Part shown: positions 8,219-16,654 of the stretch, piece after piece
Layout of the letters: each line of letters opens with the position of its first letter
Position numbering within the stretch: position 1 is the first letter of the stretch
Origin: a virus
DNA: 22,758 nt
UHGV virus genome: UHGV-2149192
Strand: one strand, 5' to 3'
Position numbers and translations under genes: made by a program
The notes under the pieces: generated by a model
Seen by the model: the letters and a program-made list of their open reading frames with translations, nothing else
Database searches by the model: none
What the model was told of the DNA's origin: nothing

Positions 8219-8247
8219 TTGATTCTGCAATTTCGGGACGTTACACT
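8219..8247 (+). promoter_or_regulatory. Second copy of the promoter-like element (TTGATT-17 nt-TACACT)
   Basis: Near-identical 60-bp block to 7563-7620. Confidence 0.45.
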
Positions 8248-8308
8248 GTCTCTGCACCTTATAAAGCGGGTGCCGGGCGTGGAAACCCGAAATTCAATAT
8301 AGAGCACA

Positions 8309-8329
8309 ACCGCGCTCATGCGGTTTTTT
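8309..8329 (+). terminator. Intrinsic terminator-like hairpin plus T-tract in the leader of Rha paralog 3
   Basis: ACCGC-gctcat-GCGGT followed by TTTTTT, about 60 nt after the promoter-like element. Confidence 0.45.
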
Positions 8330-8499
8330 CGTGTCATGAGCATCGTTACGCCCAAATTATGGTGGGGCGTGCAGGGCCAACTTCGGTTGGGCCGGGTTCT
8401 ATGTTGACCGGTATTTCCACCCCTGTACGTCTCACCACCTATATGGTCGTGGAAAGCCTTGGTGGTGAGTTCATTGAATTCAACATAGGGGCTGTCACC

Positions 8500-9051
8500 A
8501 TGACTACTCTCCCAACCCAATCTCACCCTGAAATCACGATTATCAATGGTCGCGTTGTCACCACATCTCTTGCAGTAGCTAATTACTTTACTAAACGGCA
8601 TGAGCGGGTTTTAGATAGAATTAGAAACCTCGAATGTTCCGCTGAATTTACTGAACACAATTTTGTGTTAAGTGAATACACCGACGCATCAGGCCGCAAA
8701 CTACCTTGCTATCAAATCACCCGCGATGGCTTCGCGTTCCTTGCCATGGGCTTCACTGGTAAACGTGCTGCCCGGTTCAAAGAGGCATACATCAACGCCT
8801 TTAACCTGATGGAGAAGAGTTTATCAGGTGCCGATACGTCTGATATGTCAGCTGTCGCACGAAACGCCAGAGGCGTATACCTGCATTTGCGTGAAATCCA
8901 TCAAATCTGGACAAGCCAGCTTTATCCAATGCTTAAGGCCGTTGAATCTCCGCTGGCTAGCAAACTGTACGACCGTGTTGGTGATGCTGTTTTTGGCGCT
9001 GCACTTGTTGATTCCAGGCTGAATGGTTCTGACAAGGAGGTTCGCCCATGA
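8500..9051 (+). CDS. Rha-family phage regulatory protein, paralog 3 (possible longer form from ATG 8200)
   Basis: From ATG 8500: MTTLPTQSHPEITIINGRVVTTSLAVANYFTKRHERVLDRIRNLECSAEF... is a clear Rha domain. An alternative start at 8200 has GGGAGG upstream and an ATGA overlap with the previous stop, so the long form cannot be excluded. Confidence 0.55.
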   Translation: MTTLPTQSHPEITIINGRVVTTSLAVANYFTKRHERVLDRIRNLECSAEFTEHNFVLSEYTDASGRKLPCYQITRDGFAFLAMGFTGKRAARFKEAYINAFNLMEKSLSGADTSDMSAVARNARGVYLHLREIHQIWTSQLYPMLKAVESPLASKLYDRVGDAVFGAALVDSRLNGSDKEVRP

Positions 9052-9242
9052 TTAGTTACGAAATCATCATCTCCACTACGGAATACAGAAACGATGTATC
9101 AGTTCGCACGGATGTATCTGTCTGGCACCGTCGCTATAAATCCAGAAAAACAGCGGAACTGAAAGCGGCAGAGATGTGTGAAACCATCTCAATGAAAGGT
9201 AGCCCGGTTAAATACGTAACTACGGCGGAGGTGCGTCCATGA
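9048..9242 (+). CDS. Small hypothetical protein (64 aa)
   Basis: ATG 9048 with AAGGAGG at 7-nt spacing; ATGA overlap with upstream stop. Confidence 0.45.
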   Translation: MISYEIIISTTEYRNDVSVRTDVSVWHRRYKSRKTAELKAAEMCETISMKGSPVKYVTTAEVRP

Positions 9243-9463
9243 TCCGCCACATCGTTAATTCCCTGTATCACCGATACAACCGTTGCCCCCGAGTGGGGCA
9301 GTGGTTTACCACCAGCAACGGCCTCGTTCTGCGGGTTTGCCTGGTCAATGCAGAAAGTCAGAAGGTTGTCTGCCAGGTGCAGGGGCGTACTTATACCCTG
9401 AGTTACCCGCTGGTGGCGTTTCAGTCCGGAAAAATGTTTAAGCGTCTGGGAGGTGTCGTATGA
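9239..9463 (+). CDS. Small hypothetical protein (74 aa)
   Basis: ATG 9239 with GGAGGTG upstream; overlaps neighbouring genes by 4 nt at both ends. Confidence 0.45.
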   Translation: MIRHIVNSLYHRYNRCPRVGQWFTTSNGLVLRVCLVNAESQKVVCQVQGRTYTLSYPLVAFQSGKMFKRLGGVV

Positions 9464-10386
9464 GTAGCAAGATCCTCGGTAATGTCTGGGATGCATGCGC
9501 AGCATATGGCGTCAAAGGTGCAAAACTGATGATTATGGCGCGCCTGGCTGATTATTCGAATGATGACGGGGTGTGCTACCCGGGTGTTGAAACCATATGT
9601 CGACAGCTTGGATTGGGAGAAAGTACAGTCAGAACGGCAATCTCCGAACTGGAGGCTGATGGCTGGCTGACGCGTCAGTCACGCCGCAAAGGTAACCGTA
9701 ATACGTCCAATCTTTATCATCTGAATGCTGATCGGCTTGAGCAGCTTGCCAGAACTGAGCGGGATAAGGTTGCAGAACTGAAACAGCAGCGCAGACTTTC
9801 AGTATTACGTGACCCTTCAGATTCTGAACTTTCAAAATCTGAACCGTCAGAATCTGTATGTTCAGGCGTGTTTGAGCCTTCAGATTCTGGCAAAAATACG
9901 CGTTTGACCCTTCAGAATCTGACTCCAGATCCACAAGGTTTAAAACATGAACCACCAGTAAATTCAAAACATGAACCGCAAGATATTGGCGCATCCGCTG
10001 ACGCGTCTGCACCAGCGCGTTCTGCCAGACAGGAATATTCACCGGAATTTGAACAGGCCTGGCAGGAATATCCCAAACGTGCTGGTGGCAATTCAAAATC
10101 TGCAGCCTTCAAAGCCTGGAAAGCCCGTATCAGGGAGGGAATAAAACCGGAGACCATGCTTGATGGCGTGAAGCGGTATGCCGCCTGGGTACGTGCTACA
10201 GGAAATACCGGCACACAGTTCGTGAAGCAGGCTGCGACGTTCTTTGGACCCGATCGTCACTTCGAAGATTACTGGCAACAGCCAGCCGCTCACGGAGGTG
10301 GGCGACAGCGACAGGTCGATGTCCTGGCTGGCCTGGGAGCCATGTCTGACAAATTCGGTAAATCCAGTAACAAATTGACATTCTGA
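9460..10386 (+). CDS. Phage replication initiator (O-like; N-terminal HTH, internal iterons)
   Basis: ATG 9460 with GGGAGG upstream; N-terminal HTH-like region; the gene body contains four approximately 13-bp iteron repeats, as lambda O contains ori; directly followed by DnaC- and DnaB-like genes. Confidence 0.6.
   Translation: MSSKILGNVWDACAAYGVKGAKLMIMARLADYSNDDGVCYPGVETICRQLGLGESTVRTAISELEADGWLTRQSRRKGNRNTSNLYHLNADRLEQLARTERDKVAELKQQRRLSVLRDPSDSELSKSEPSESVCSGVFEPSDSGKNTRLTLQNLTPDPQGLKHEPPVNSKHEPQDIGASADASAPARSARQEYSPEFEQAWQEYPKRAGGNSKSAAFKAWKARIREGIKPETMLDGVKRYAAWVRATGNTGTQFVKQAATFFGPDRHFEDYWQQPAAHGGGRQRQVDVLAGLGAMSDKFGKSSNKLTF
9814..9921. repeat. Iteron array (candidate origin of replication): four CCnTCAGAwTCTG repeats at about 31-bp spacing, followed by an AT-rich stretch
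   Basis: ccttcagattctg (9814-9826), ccgtcagaatctg (9844-9856), ccttcagattctg (9877-9889), ccttcagaatctg (9909-9921); each is near-palindromic. Followed by aaaacatgaacc x2 in an AT-rich stretch (about 9930-9975). Confidence 0.6.
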
Positions 10387-10396
10387 GGTGACAGCG

Positions 10397-11296
10397 ATGA
10401 TGACGATTGACCAACGTGAGAAACAAACAAGACTACAGGCGCGAATGGATGATTTACGGGCAGAAATGGATGAGTTACGGGCAGAGATTGCATTTGCTCA
10501 GAAGGGCGAAAAGCCATGGCCTTATCGTTCCTGCCTGATGCGTGAAGGTCGCGGATATTGCGAAAAACACGGTAAATATCGTACGCATATACTGGTGTGG
10601 ATCGATCGTAATGGCGAGGACAGAGAAAAAATTTCATGCTGCCCTGACTGCTTGATCGCTGAGGCCAGTGATTTGACCATGGAACTGTCGTCCCTCAAGG
10701 CGGAAGAACTGACTGATAACGCCGGAATTGCTCTGCGTTTTCGGGACTGCGAGTTTGATAATTATCTGGAGGTTAATCCTGACGCAGCCAGAAATCTTGC
10801 GGCCTGTCGCCGCTATGCGGAGAACTGGCCAGATATGCTGGAGAACGGTACCAGTCTTGTTATGACCGGCAGTTGCGGTACCGGGAAAAATCATCTGGCG
10901 GTATCAATGGCAAAACACATCATCCGTAACTATCTGGCCAGTGTGGAGATCACCGACGTGATGCGCCTTACCCGGGCTGTGAAAAACTGCTGGCGGAATG
11001 ACAGTGAAAAAACAGCGGATGACGTCATTGAGCATTATGCGTCACTGGATTTGCTGATTGTCGACGAAGTCGGCGTTCAGTTTGGCAGTGCGGCTGAAAT
11101 GGCCATTTTGCAGGAAATTATCAATGCCCGGTATGAGGGTATTTTGCCAACTATCCTGATCAGCAACCTTTCACCGGAAGAATTGTGGGCGTTCATCAGT
11201 CCCCGGATTGCCGACAGAATCACCGATGGCGGGCGTAACTGGTTGTCGTTTAACTGGCCCAGCTACCGTTCTCGTATCGGAGGTGTTGCCGCATGA
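10397..11296 (+). CDS. DnaC-like helicase loader (IstB/AAA+ ATPase)
   Basis: Walker A GSCGTGKNHLA and Walker B-like LLIVDEVG; ATG 10397 with GAGGTG upstream (ORF track begins at in-frame GTG 10388). Confidence 0.8.
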   Translation: MMTIDQREKQTRLQARMDDLRAEMDELRAEIAFAQKGEKPWPYRSCLMREGRGYCEKHGKYRTHILVWIDRNGEDREKISCCPDCLIAEASDLTMELSSLKAEELTDNAGIALRFRDCEFDNYLEVNPDAARNLAACRRYAENWPDMLENGTSLVMTGSCGTGKNHLAVSMAKHIIRNYLASVEITDVMRLTRAVKNCWRNDSEKTADDVIEHYASLDLLIVDEVGVQFGSAAEMAILQEIINARYEGILPTILISNLSPEELWAFISPRIADRITDGGRNWLSFNWPSYRSRIGGVAA

Positions 11297-12693
11297 CCAG
11301 CCAGAACACCCCGGCATGGCGTAACGATGACCTGGAAGGCGCTGTCATCGGTGCGTTCTTTCTGCGTGGGGCAGATCCTGAAGTGATGGATATTCTGGTC
11401 ACACTACCTGCGGACGTTTTTTCTGTACGAGCGTATAGGGATATCTACACAGGCATCTGCAGACAGGCCCGTGTTTCAGGCGTGATTGACCCTGTGCTGT
11501 TGTGTAATGAGATGCCGGAACTTGCCCCGGTGATTACTGATACCGGGCGCAAAACCTGGGTGAAGTCTTCACTGGAGCACTATGTTGCAGCGTTGCGGCG
11601 CAATGCCGCATTGCGCGATGCAGAAAAAACGCTGAATGAGGCGTTGCAGAAATTACGTGATGCGCATACCTGTGAAGCAGCTGAAGATGCCCTGAAGGAT
11701 GCGCAGAACATGATGGCCTCATTGTCGACGGAAAAGGGCATTATTCAGCCGGTACATATTGATGATGTGCTTCCGGAGGTGGTTGAGCGTGTTGAATGCC
11801 GGAATCAGGGACAGGAGAAATCCAGAACGTTGATGACCGGTATTGATGAACTGGACGCAAAAACAGGCGGCATGGAGCCCGGCGACCTGGTATTTATTGC
11901 TGCTCGTCCTTCGATGGGTAAAACCGAACTGGCGCTGGATATCATCGACAAGGTGACTGAACAGGGGCACGGCGTTCTCCTGTTCACAATGGAAATGGCG
12001 AACATCCAGATTGGTGAACGCATGGTATCTGCGGCTGGAGGAATGCCGGTATCACGCCTGAAATCTGTCACTCACTTTGAAGACGAAGACTGGGCACGTT
12101 TCTCACAAGGAGTGGGGCGGATGACCGGGCGCAATATCTGGATGGTGGACCAGGCGAACCTGACCATTGATGAGATATGCGCAACAACGAAACATCACCT
12201 GATTAAACATCCGGAAACGGCGCTGGTGGTGGTTGATTATCTCGGGCTGATAAAAACCCGAACCACGGGGCGTCATGACCTTGCCGTGGGTGAAATCTCA
12301 AAGGGGCTTAAAGGCCTGGCAAAATCCGGTGGTTTTCCGTTGATTGCGCTGAGCCAGCTCTCCCGCGGTGTGGAGTCCAGACCCAATAAACGCCCCATGA
12401 ACTCAGACCTGAAAAATTCCGGAGAAATAGAGGCGGATGCAGACATCATTCTGATGCTTTACAGGGATGAAGTGTACAACCCGGATACGCAGGCCAGGGG
12501 CATCGCAGAAATCAATATCACGAAACAACGTAACGGTTCTCTGGGGACGATTTATCGGCGTTTTTATAACGGACATTTTCTGCCTGTGGATCAGGAAAGC
12601 GCACAGGTTCTTTCCACCCCAATGCAACAGCCCCAGCCGCGCAGATACAGCAACAAACGAACTGACAGCAGTAAGATGGAGCGTTTCTTTTGA
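11293..12693 (+). CDS. DnaB-family replicative DNA helicase
   Basis: Walker A ARPSMGKTELALD, helicase-like C-terminal domain with ...VDYLGLI... and ...ALSQLSRGVESR...; ATGA overlap with the upstream gene. Confidence 0.85.
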   Translation: MTSQNTPAWRNDDLEGAVIGAFFLRGADPEVMDILVTLPADVFSVRAYRDIYTGICRQARVSGVIDPVLLCNEMPELAPVITDTGRKTWVKSSLEHYVAALRRNAALRDAEKTLNEALQKLRDAHTCEAAEDALKDAQNMMASLSTEKGIIQPVHIDDVLPEVVERVECRNQGQEKSRTLMTGIDELDAKTGGMEPGDLVFIAARPSMGKTELALDIIDKVTEQGHGVLLFTMEMANIQIGERMVSAAGGMPVSRLKSVTHFEDEDWARFSQGVGRMTGRNIWMVDQANLTIDEICATTKHHLIKHPETALVVVDYLGLIKTRTTGRHDLAVGEISKGLKGLAKSGGFPLIALSQLSRGVESRPNKRPMNSDLKNSGEIEADADIILMLYRDEVYNPDTQARGIAEINITKQRNGSLGTIYRRFYNGHFLPVDQESAQVLSTPMQQPQPRRYSNKRTDSSKMERFF

Positions 12694-12704
12694 ACAACCA
12701 GACA

Positions 12705-12947
12705 ATGACTTTTACCCCTGAGCAATTACGTAAACAGGCACAGGAAATGTTGCGGCAGGCGGAACAACTGGAAAAAACAGGTGTAACAAAAGATGCCATT
12801 CGTCGGGATATGGTGCCAGCGCTCAGGGAACTGATGCAGGCAAAACACCGTGCACAAAAAGCAGTGGATGAGCTGGTGGATTGTGTGGCAGAGCTGGAAA
12901 CCAGAGTTGGTAAGTTTGAAAAACTGGTGCAGGAGGTACTGCGCTGA
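12705..12947 (+). CDS. Small coiled-coil hypothetical protein (start ATG 12705 or TTG 12690)
   Basis: ORF track; helical, charged sequence; start ambiguous. Confidence 0.4.
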   Translation: MTFTPEQLRKQAQEMLRQAEQLEKTGVTKDAIRRDMVPALRELMQAKHRAQKAVDELVDCVAELETRVGKFEKLVQEVLR

Positions 12948-13315
12948 TGCGTGATATGTACGAAGTTTTAGATCGTTGGGGGGCCTGGGCTGCAGCAGAT
13001 AACAGTGGTGTGGACTGGCAGCCGATAGCAGCAGGCTTCAAGGGGCTTTTACCACACGGTAAAAAGTCACGTCTCCAGTGTGATGATGACGAAGGTATCA
13101 TGATAGACGGTTGTGTGGCTCGGTTGCGAAAGTATAAACCCGAAGAGTATGAGTTGATCATTGCTCACTTTGTTATTGGTATCTCATTACGCGCTATTGC
13201 TAAAAAACGGAAATGTTCAGATGGAACAATACGGAAAGAGATGCAAACAGCAATGGGGTTTATTGATGGCTGCTTGTCATTTTTCATTTACTACAATGAC
13301 TTAAGTTCTATGTAA
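12947..13315 (+). CDS. Putative late antiterminator Q (small Q family, QuuD-like)
   Basis: 122 aa, MRDMYEVLDRWGAWAAADNSGVDWQPIAAGFKG...; size, Cys pattern and position (after replication genes, before lysis genes) fit the small Q family as I recall it from E. coli DLP12 QuuD. Not verified by search. Confidence 0.5.
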   Translation: MRDMYEVLDRWGAWAAADNSGVDWQPIAAGFKGLLPHGKKSRLQCDDDEGIMIDGCVARLRKYKPEEYELIIAHFVIGISLRAIAKKRKCSDGTIRKEMQTAMGFIDGCLSFFIYYNDLSSM

Positions 13316-13378
13316 AATCGTTCTACTTTCCCAACTTTTATGTGTATATAATACCAGGATAAAGTAACGGAGAATCTT

Positions 13379-14419
13379 GTGAACATTCAGGCAGTAGACA
13401 TTTTTTGTGGTGCGGGGGGCTTAACTTTTGGGCTAAAAAAAGCCGGGATTGAGGTTTCTCATGGTATTGATATTGATGAATCCTGCCGTTTTGCTATTGA
13501 GAGCAATAATCCTTTAACGCAGTTCATTAATCAGTCAGTTACAGAACTGCAATCCTGCGATGTGTCTGCTATGTTCAAGGAAGGAAATATTAGATTGCTT
13601 GCTGGATGTGCTCCTTGCCAACCGTTTTCCAAGTATCGTAATCCAAATAGCCGTAAAGACGATACAAAGTGGCGTTTGTTATATGAGTTTCAAAGGCTTG
13701 TAAGTGATGTAATGCCAGAGCTTGTGACGATGGAGAATGTTCCTCAACTTAGAAACCATAAGGTTTTTGAAGGGTTTGTTAGTGCATTAAAGACTCTTGG
13801 ATATCATTTGTGGTACGACGTTGTAAGATGTTCTGAGTATGGCTTACCTCAAAATAGACGTAGATTAATTCTAATTGGTTCCCAATTGGGGCCGATCAGC
13901 CTTGATCAAAAAAAAGTTAGCCGTAAAGTTACTGTTAAGGATGCTATTGGTAGGTTGCCAAAAGTAGGGGCAGGTGAGAAGCTGGAAAGCGATCCCTTGC
14001 ATCGTTCGCCTAAATTGATGGATATCAATCTTAAACGAATCATGCATTCTTTACCTGGTGGTACGTGGGATGACTGGCCTGAAGAAATTAGAGCAGACTG
14101 TCATAAAAAGAATTCAGGTGCTACCTATAAAAGCGTTTATGGACGGATGGTTTGGGACGATACTAGCCCTACGATAACTACCCAGTGTTATGGATATGGA
14201 AATGGACGATTTGGCCATCCTGAGCAAAATCGCGCCATAACTTTGCGTGAAGCTGCGATTTTGCAATCCTTTCCAATGGATTATAAATTCCTTGACAAGG
14301 AGACGCCTTTTTCATTCCAAAAATTGGGGACAATGATTGGAAATGCTGTTCCCCCTATAATTGGTCAGATAATAGGGGAAACATTTATCAGACATGTTGA
14401 GGGGATAAATACCCGTTAG
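13379..14419 (+). CDS. DNA (cytosine-5)-methyltransferase
   Basis: Canonical m5C methyltransferase motifs in order: I DIFCGAGGLTFG (FxGxG), IV PCQPFS (catalytic Cys), VI ENV, VIII QNRRR, X GNAVPP. GTG start 13379 with GGAG 7 nt upstream. Lies in AT-rich DNA. Confidence 0.85.
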   Translation: MNIQAVDIFCGAGGLTFGLKKAGIEVSHGIDIDESCRFAIESNNPLTQFINQSVTELQSCDVSAMFKEGNIRLLAGCAPCQPFSKYRNPNSRKDDTKWRLLYEFQRLVSDVMPELVTMENVPQLRNHKVFEGFVSALKTLGYHLWYDVVRCSEYGLPQNRRRLILIGSQLGPISLDQKKVSRKVTVKDAIGRLPKVGAGEKLESDPLHRSPKLMDINLKRIMHSLPGGTWDDWPEEIRADCHKKNSGATYKSVYGRMVWDDTSPTITTQCYGYGNGRFGHPEQNRAITLREAAILQSFPMDYKFLDKETPFSFQKLGTMIGNAVPPIIGQIIGETFIRHVEGINTR

Positions 14420-15077
14420 AGGTAATATAATTTTCTGTTGAGTTGATTAATAAACGCAAATATAGATCAATTCTTTCTGACCTCGATTTGACTTCTTCTA
14501 AAGGGTCTATTTGACCTTTTTTAGAAAAGCTGGTACTTCCATGTGCCAGCTCATTTCTGATATCTTTAAGTAAATCTAAGTCAACACCATTTCTACACTC
14601 TGGTGAGTTTGCAACAGTTATTCCGTAAGCTTGTGTTATTTTGTGCAATACAGACTTGCAAACATTACCATTGAATTCTTTACGTATGTTTAATGAGGCT
14701 GAAATGATCCTTTTAGATATATCGGAACCAATTTTTTGATAAAGAGATTTTCCCGATTCATTATCTGAAATGATACGGTGCAAGATATTTACTTGGAATT
14801 TCTCCCTGAGTGATGCGTAATTTACTTCATTATCTTGCAAATGGTCATAAATTGACTCAATGCATCCTCTGGCAGTGTTTTCAACCTGATTGTACAGCAT
14901 CATGTGCACGGATGATTTTAAAATGTTAACCCTAAGGGTATTTGATTCTATTTCATCTTTATGCGTTTGCTGATCTAACTGCTGAGTCTGAGCCTCTAAA
15001 GATGACGCAAGAGAAAGCAATTCCATAATATCTCTTGCTCTTTCTTCGTATTCATCTCTTAAATCAATCAAACTCAT
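14388..15077 (-). CDS. HEPN-like protein (R-x4-H motif), downstream partner of the DUF262 gene
   Basis: ATG 15075-15077 with AGGAA upstream, 2 nt after the DUF262 stop (operon-coupled). Mostly helical, charged sequence with RNELAH near the C-terminus, matching the HEPN R-x(4-6)-H signature. Inference only. Confidence 0.5.
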   Translation of the reverse strand: MSLIDLRDEYEERARDIMELLSLASSLEAQTQQLDQQTHKDEIESNTLRVNILKSSVHMMLYNQVENTARGCIESIYDHLQDNEVNYASLREKFQVNILHRIISDNESGKSLYQKIGSDISKRIISASLNIRKEFNGNVCKSVLHKITQAYGITVANSPECRNGVDLDLLKDIRNELAHGSTSFSKKGQIDPLEEVKSRSERIDLYLRLLINSTENYITSNGYLSPQHV

Positions 15078-15079
15078 AG

Positions 15080-16237
15080 TTACATTCCTAATAATTTATC
15101 TTTGACATAAAATATTCTGTTTTTGAGTTGGCTGGTGTTGTTGGCACTATCAGCAGTAACTATGGTTTCAAATTCCTCCCCAAACAGCCAGTCTCCTACA
15201 GGAATAACCGGAGCCTGTAGATGTGGATTGGCTTTTAAGGCAAGAGCAGTTCCCACTGCTATGGCTTCGTATCTAGCACGGGGGGTGGTTTTGCTTGTTG
15301 GTGTCTTTTTAAACCCCATAGGGAAATGAGCATCTACAAAAGCAAGCATGCTTTCAAAATCATGTTTAAATTTGTCTACATCTTGTTGTGTGACCCTTTC
15401 GGCCTGAACATTAAGATAATTGTCAATAAAAGGAGCGACATAACCCTTATAATTTTCTAAATCATTTAAGTATGCAAAAAATCTCAAAACTAACTCACGA
15501 TGATCGCCATTCGAACGTTTCCGATCTGATAATGGAGCTAGACTAGCGAAAAGTGGATTTGTTGAGCAAGGAGTCACAACATCCCTATAGAAAATTGAAG
15601 TGGCCGCATCTGAACCATGTCTAACCTCCATCGCTTCCAGTCTCTTAACACCTGAATTTATTCTTTCGAATAAATCTCTTCTATGCTGCTCCTCAACATC
15701 ACCTTTCAATTCAATAAATCTTAGTGATGCCCTTAAAAATCGCCTCTGGCGGCTAGCCAAAAGATCTGAAAATTTGAAGCCCTCTAAACTTTTGAGTTCT
15801 TTTAAGTCTTTCAATTCAAACTGATTGTTCCAAAAGTAGTAAATTGAGCGAATCCTTTGTGAACCGTCAATAATTTCTACACGACCATCCAACTCAGGAT
15901 CTTCATTAAATACGTCGGAGATGTAGAGGTACGGGATTGGAAAATCTAATAATATACTTTCGATGAATCGAGAGGCTGTTTTGATATCCCATTTGTAATC
16001 GCGTTGATAATCAGGAATAAAAAGTTCGTTTTTGTCAGTTTCAAGATTATTGCCATACTTTTGTACAATTAATTCAACGGTCCATTCACGTACGTTGTAT
16101 CCAATATTTCTCTGAGCAAGCCTAATCTCGTTGTCGGCAGAAGTGACCAAGGCTGCAATTTCAGCTTTTTTTCTATTTTTCGCGTTTTCATCTTGAATCT
16201 GAGCAAGCTCTTCTTTGAGTTCTTTGAGTGTGGTCAT
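15080..16237 (-). CDS. DUF262 (ParB-like / GmrSD-N-terminal-like) domain protein
   Basis: Both DUF262 hallmarks are present: FIPDYQRDYKW and IIDGSQRIRSI (DGQQR-type). ATG 16235-16237 with AAGGAA upstream. No DUF1524/HNH-type C-terminal motif recognised. Confidence 0.75.
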   Translation of the reverse strand: MTTLKELKEELAQIQDENAKNRKKAEIAALVTSADNEIRLAQRNIGYNVREWTVELIVQKYGNNLETDKNELFIPDYQRDYKWDIKTASRFIESILLDFPIPYLYISDVFNEDPELDGRVEIIDGSQRIRSIYYFWNNQFELKDLKELKSLEGFKFSDLLASRQRRFLRASLRFIELKGDVEEQHRRDLFERINSGVKRLEAMEVRHGSDAATSIFYRDVVTPCSTNPLFASLAPLSDRKRSNGDHRELVLRFFAYLNDLENYKGYVAPFIDNYLNVQAERVTQQDVDKFKHDFESMLAFVDAHFPMGFKKTPTSKTTPRARYEAIAVGTALALKANPHLQAPVIPVGDWLFGEEFETIVTADSANNTSQLKNRIFYVKDKLLGM

Positions 16238-16347
16238 ATCACTGTTCCTTTAATTGGAGTTGGAAATAGATTGTAAGAAAACTATAACGCGTACGCAAAA
16301 AATATTATATCGTGTTAAGAGTGGTTACTACGCCACACAGCTTAAAC

Positions 16348-16367
16348 CCGCCGCCAGGCGGTTTTTT
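16348..16367 (+). terminator. Short GC hairpin plus T6 (terminator-like) in the intergenic region upstream of the DUF262 operon
   Basis: CCGCC-gcca-GGCGG followed by TTTTTT. Confidence 0.3.
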
Positions 16368-16490
16368 GTGTCCGAAAAACGGCGCAGTACGTTAAACGTG
16401 CTGGTGGTTGCGAATACCTGTCTTTCAGCTTGCTGGCTTTTTCGACAAGAGTTATTGGTGTGTCACGTTAACCGGAAAAGGGAAAAAGAC

Positions 16491-16654
16491 ATGCTAAAAC
16501 AGCAGGATATGACAGAAACCGCCAGAGTAGTGTTTAATGAATTAAGCGTTACCGAACCGGCGACAGTCGGGGAGATAGCGCAGAATACTTACCTTTCACG
16601 CGAACGCTGCCAGTTAATACTGACCCAGCTGGTTATGGCGGGTCTGGCAGACTA
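16491..16654 (+). CDS. Small HTH-like protein, truncated in this assembly by the N-run
   Basis: ATG 16491 (AAGGGA upstream); MLKQQDMTETARVVFNELSVTEPATVGEIAQNTYLSRERCQLILTQLVMAGLAD then runs into N. The ORF-track entry 16254..16835 is an artefact of a TTG start and translation through the N-run. Confidence 0.4.

Noticed and set aside
7563-8601. Alternative-frame and antisense ORFs across the Rha leaders (7563..7973 +, 7673..7942 -, 7813..8007 -, 8182..8601 -)
   Set aside because: These GC-rich leader regions are open in several frames at once; the ORFs lack an RBS and give Arg-rich, low-complexity translations.
9814-9921. Regularly spaced direct repeats considered as a possible CRISPR array
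   Set aside because: Only four 13-bp near-palindromic units at about 31-bp spacing inside a coding region; repeats are too short, spacers are not unique-looking and there are no cas genes. They fit replication-origin iterons.
9629-10426. Minus-strand ORFs inside the replication initiator gene (9629..10096, 9912..10214, 10093..10293, 10196..10426)
   Set aside because: Antisense to a well-supported gene with its embedded iterons; no RBS.
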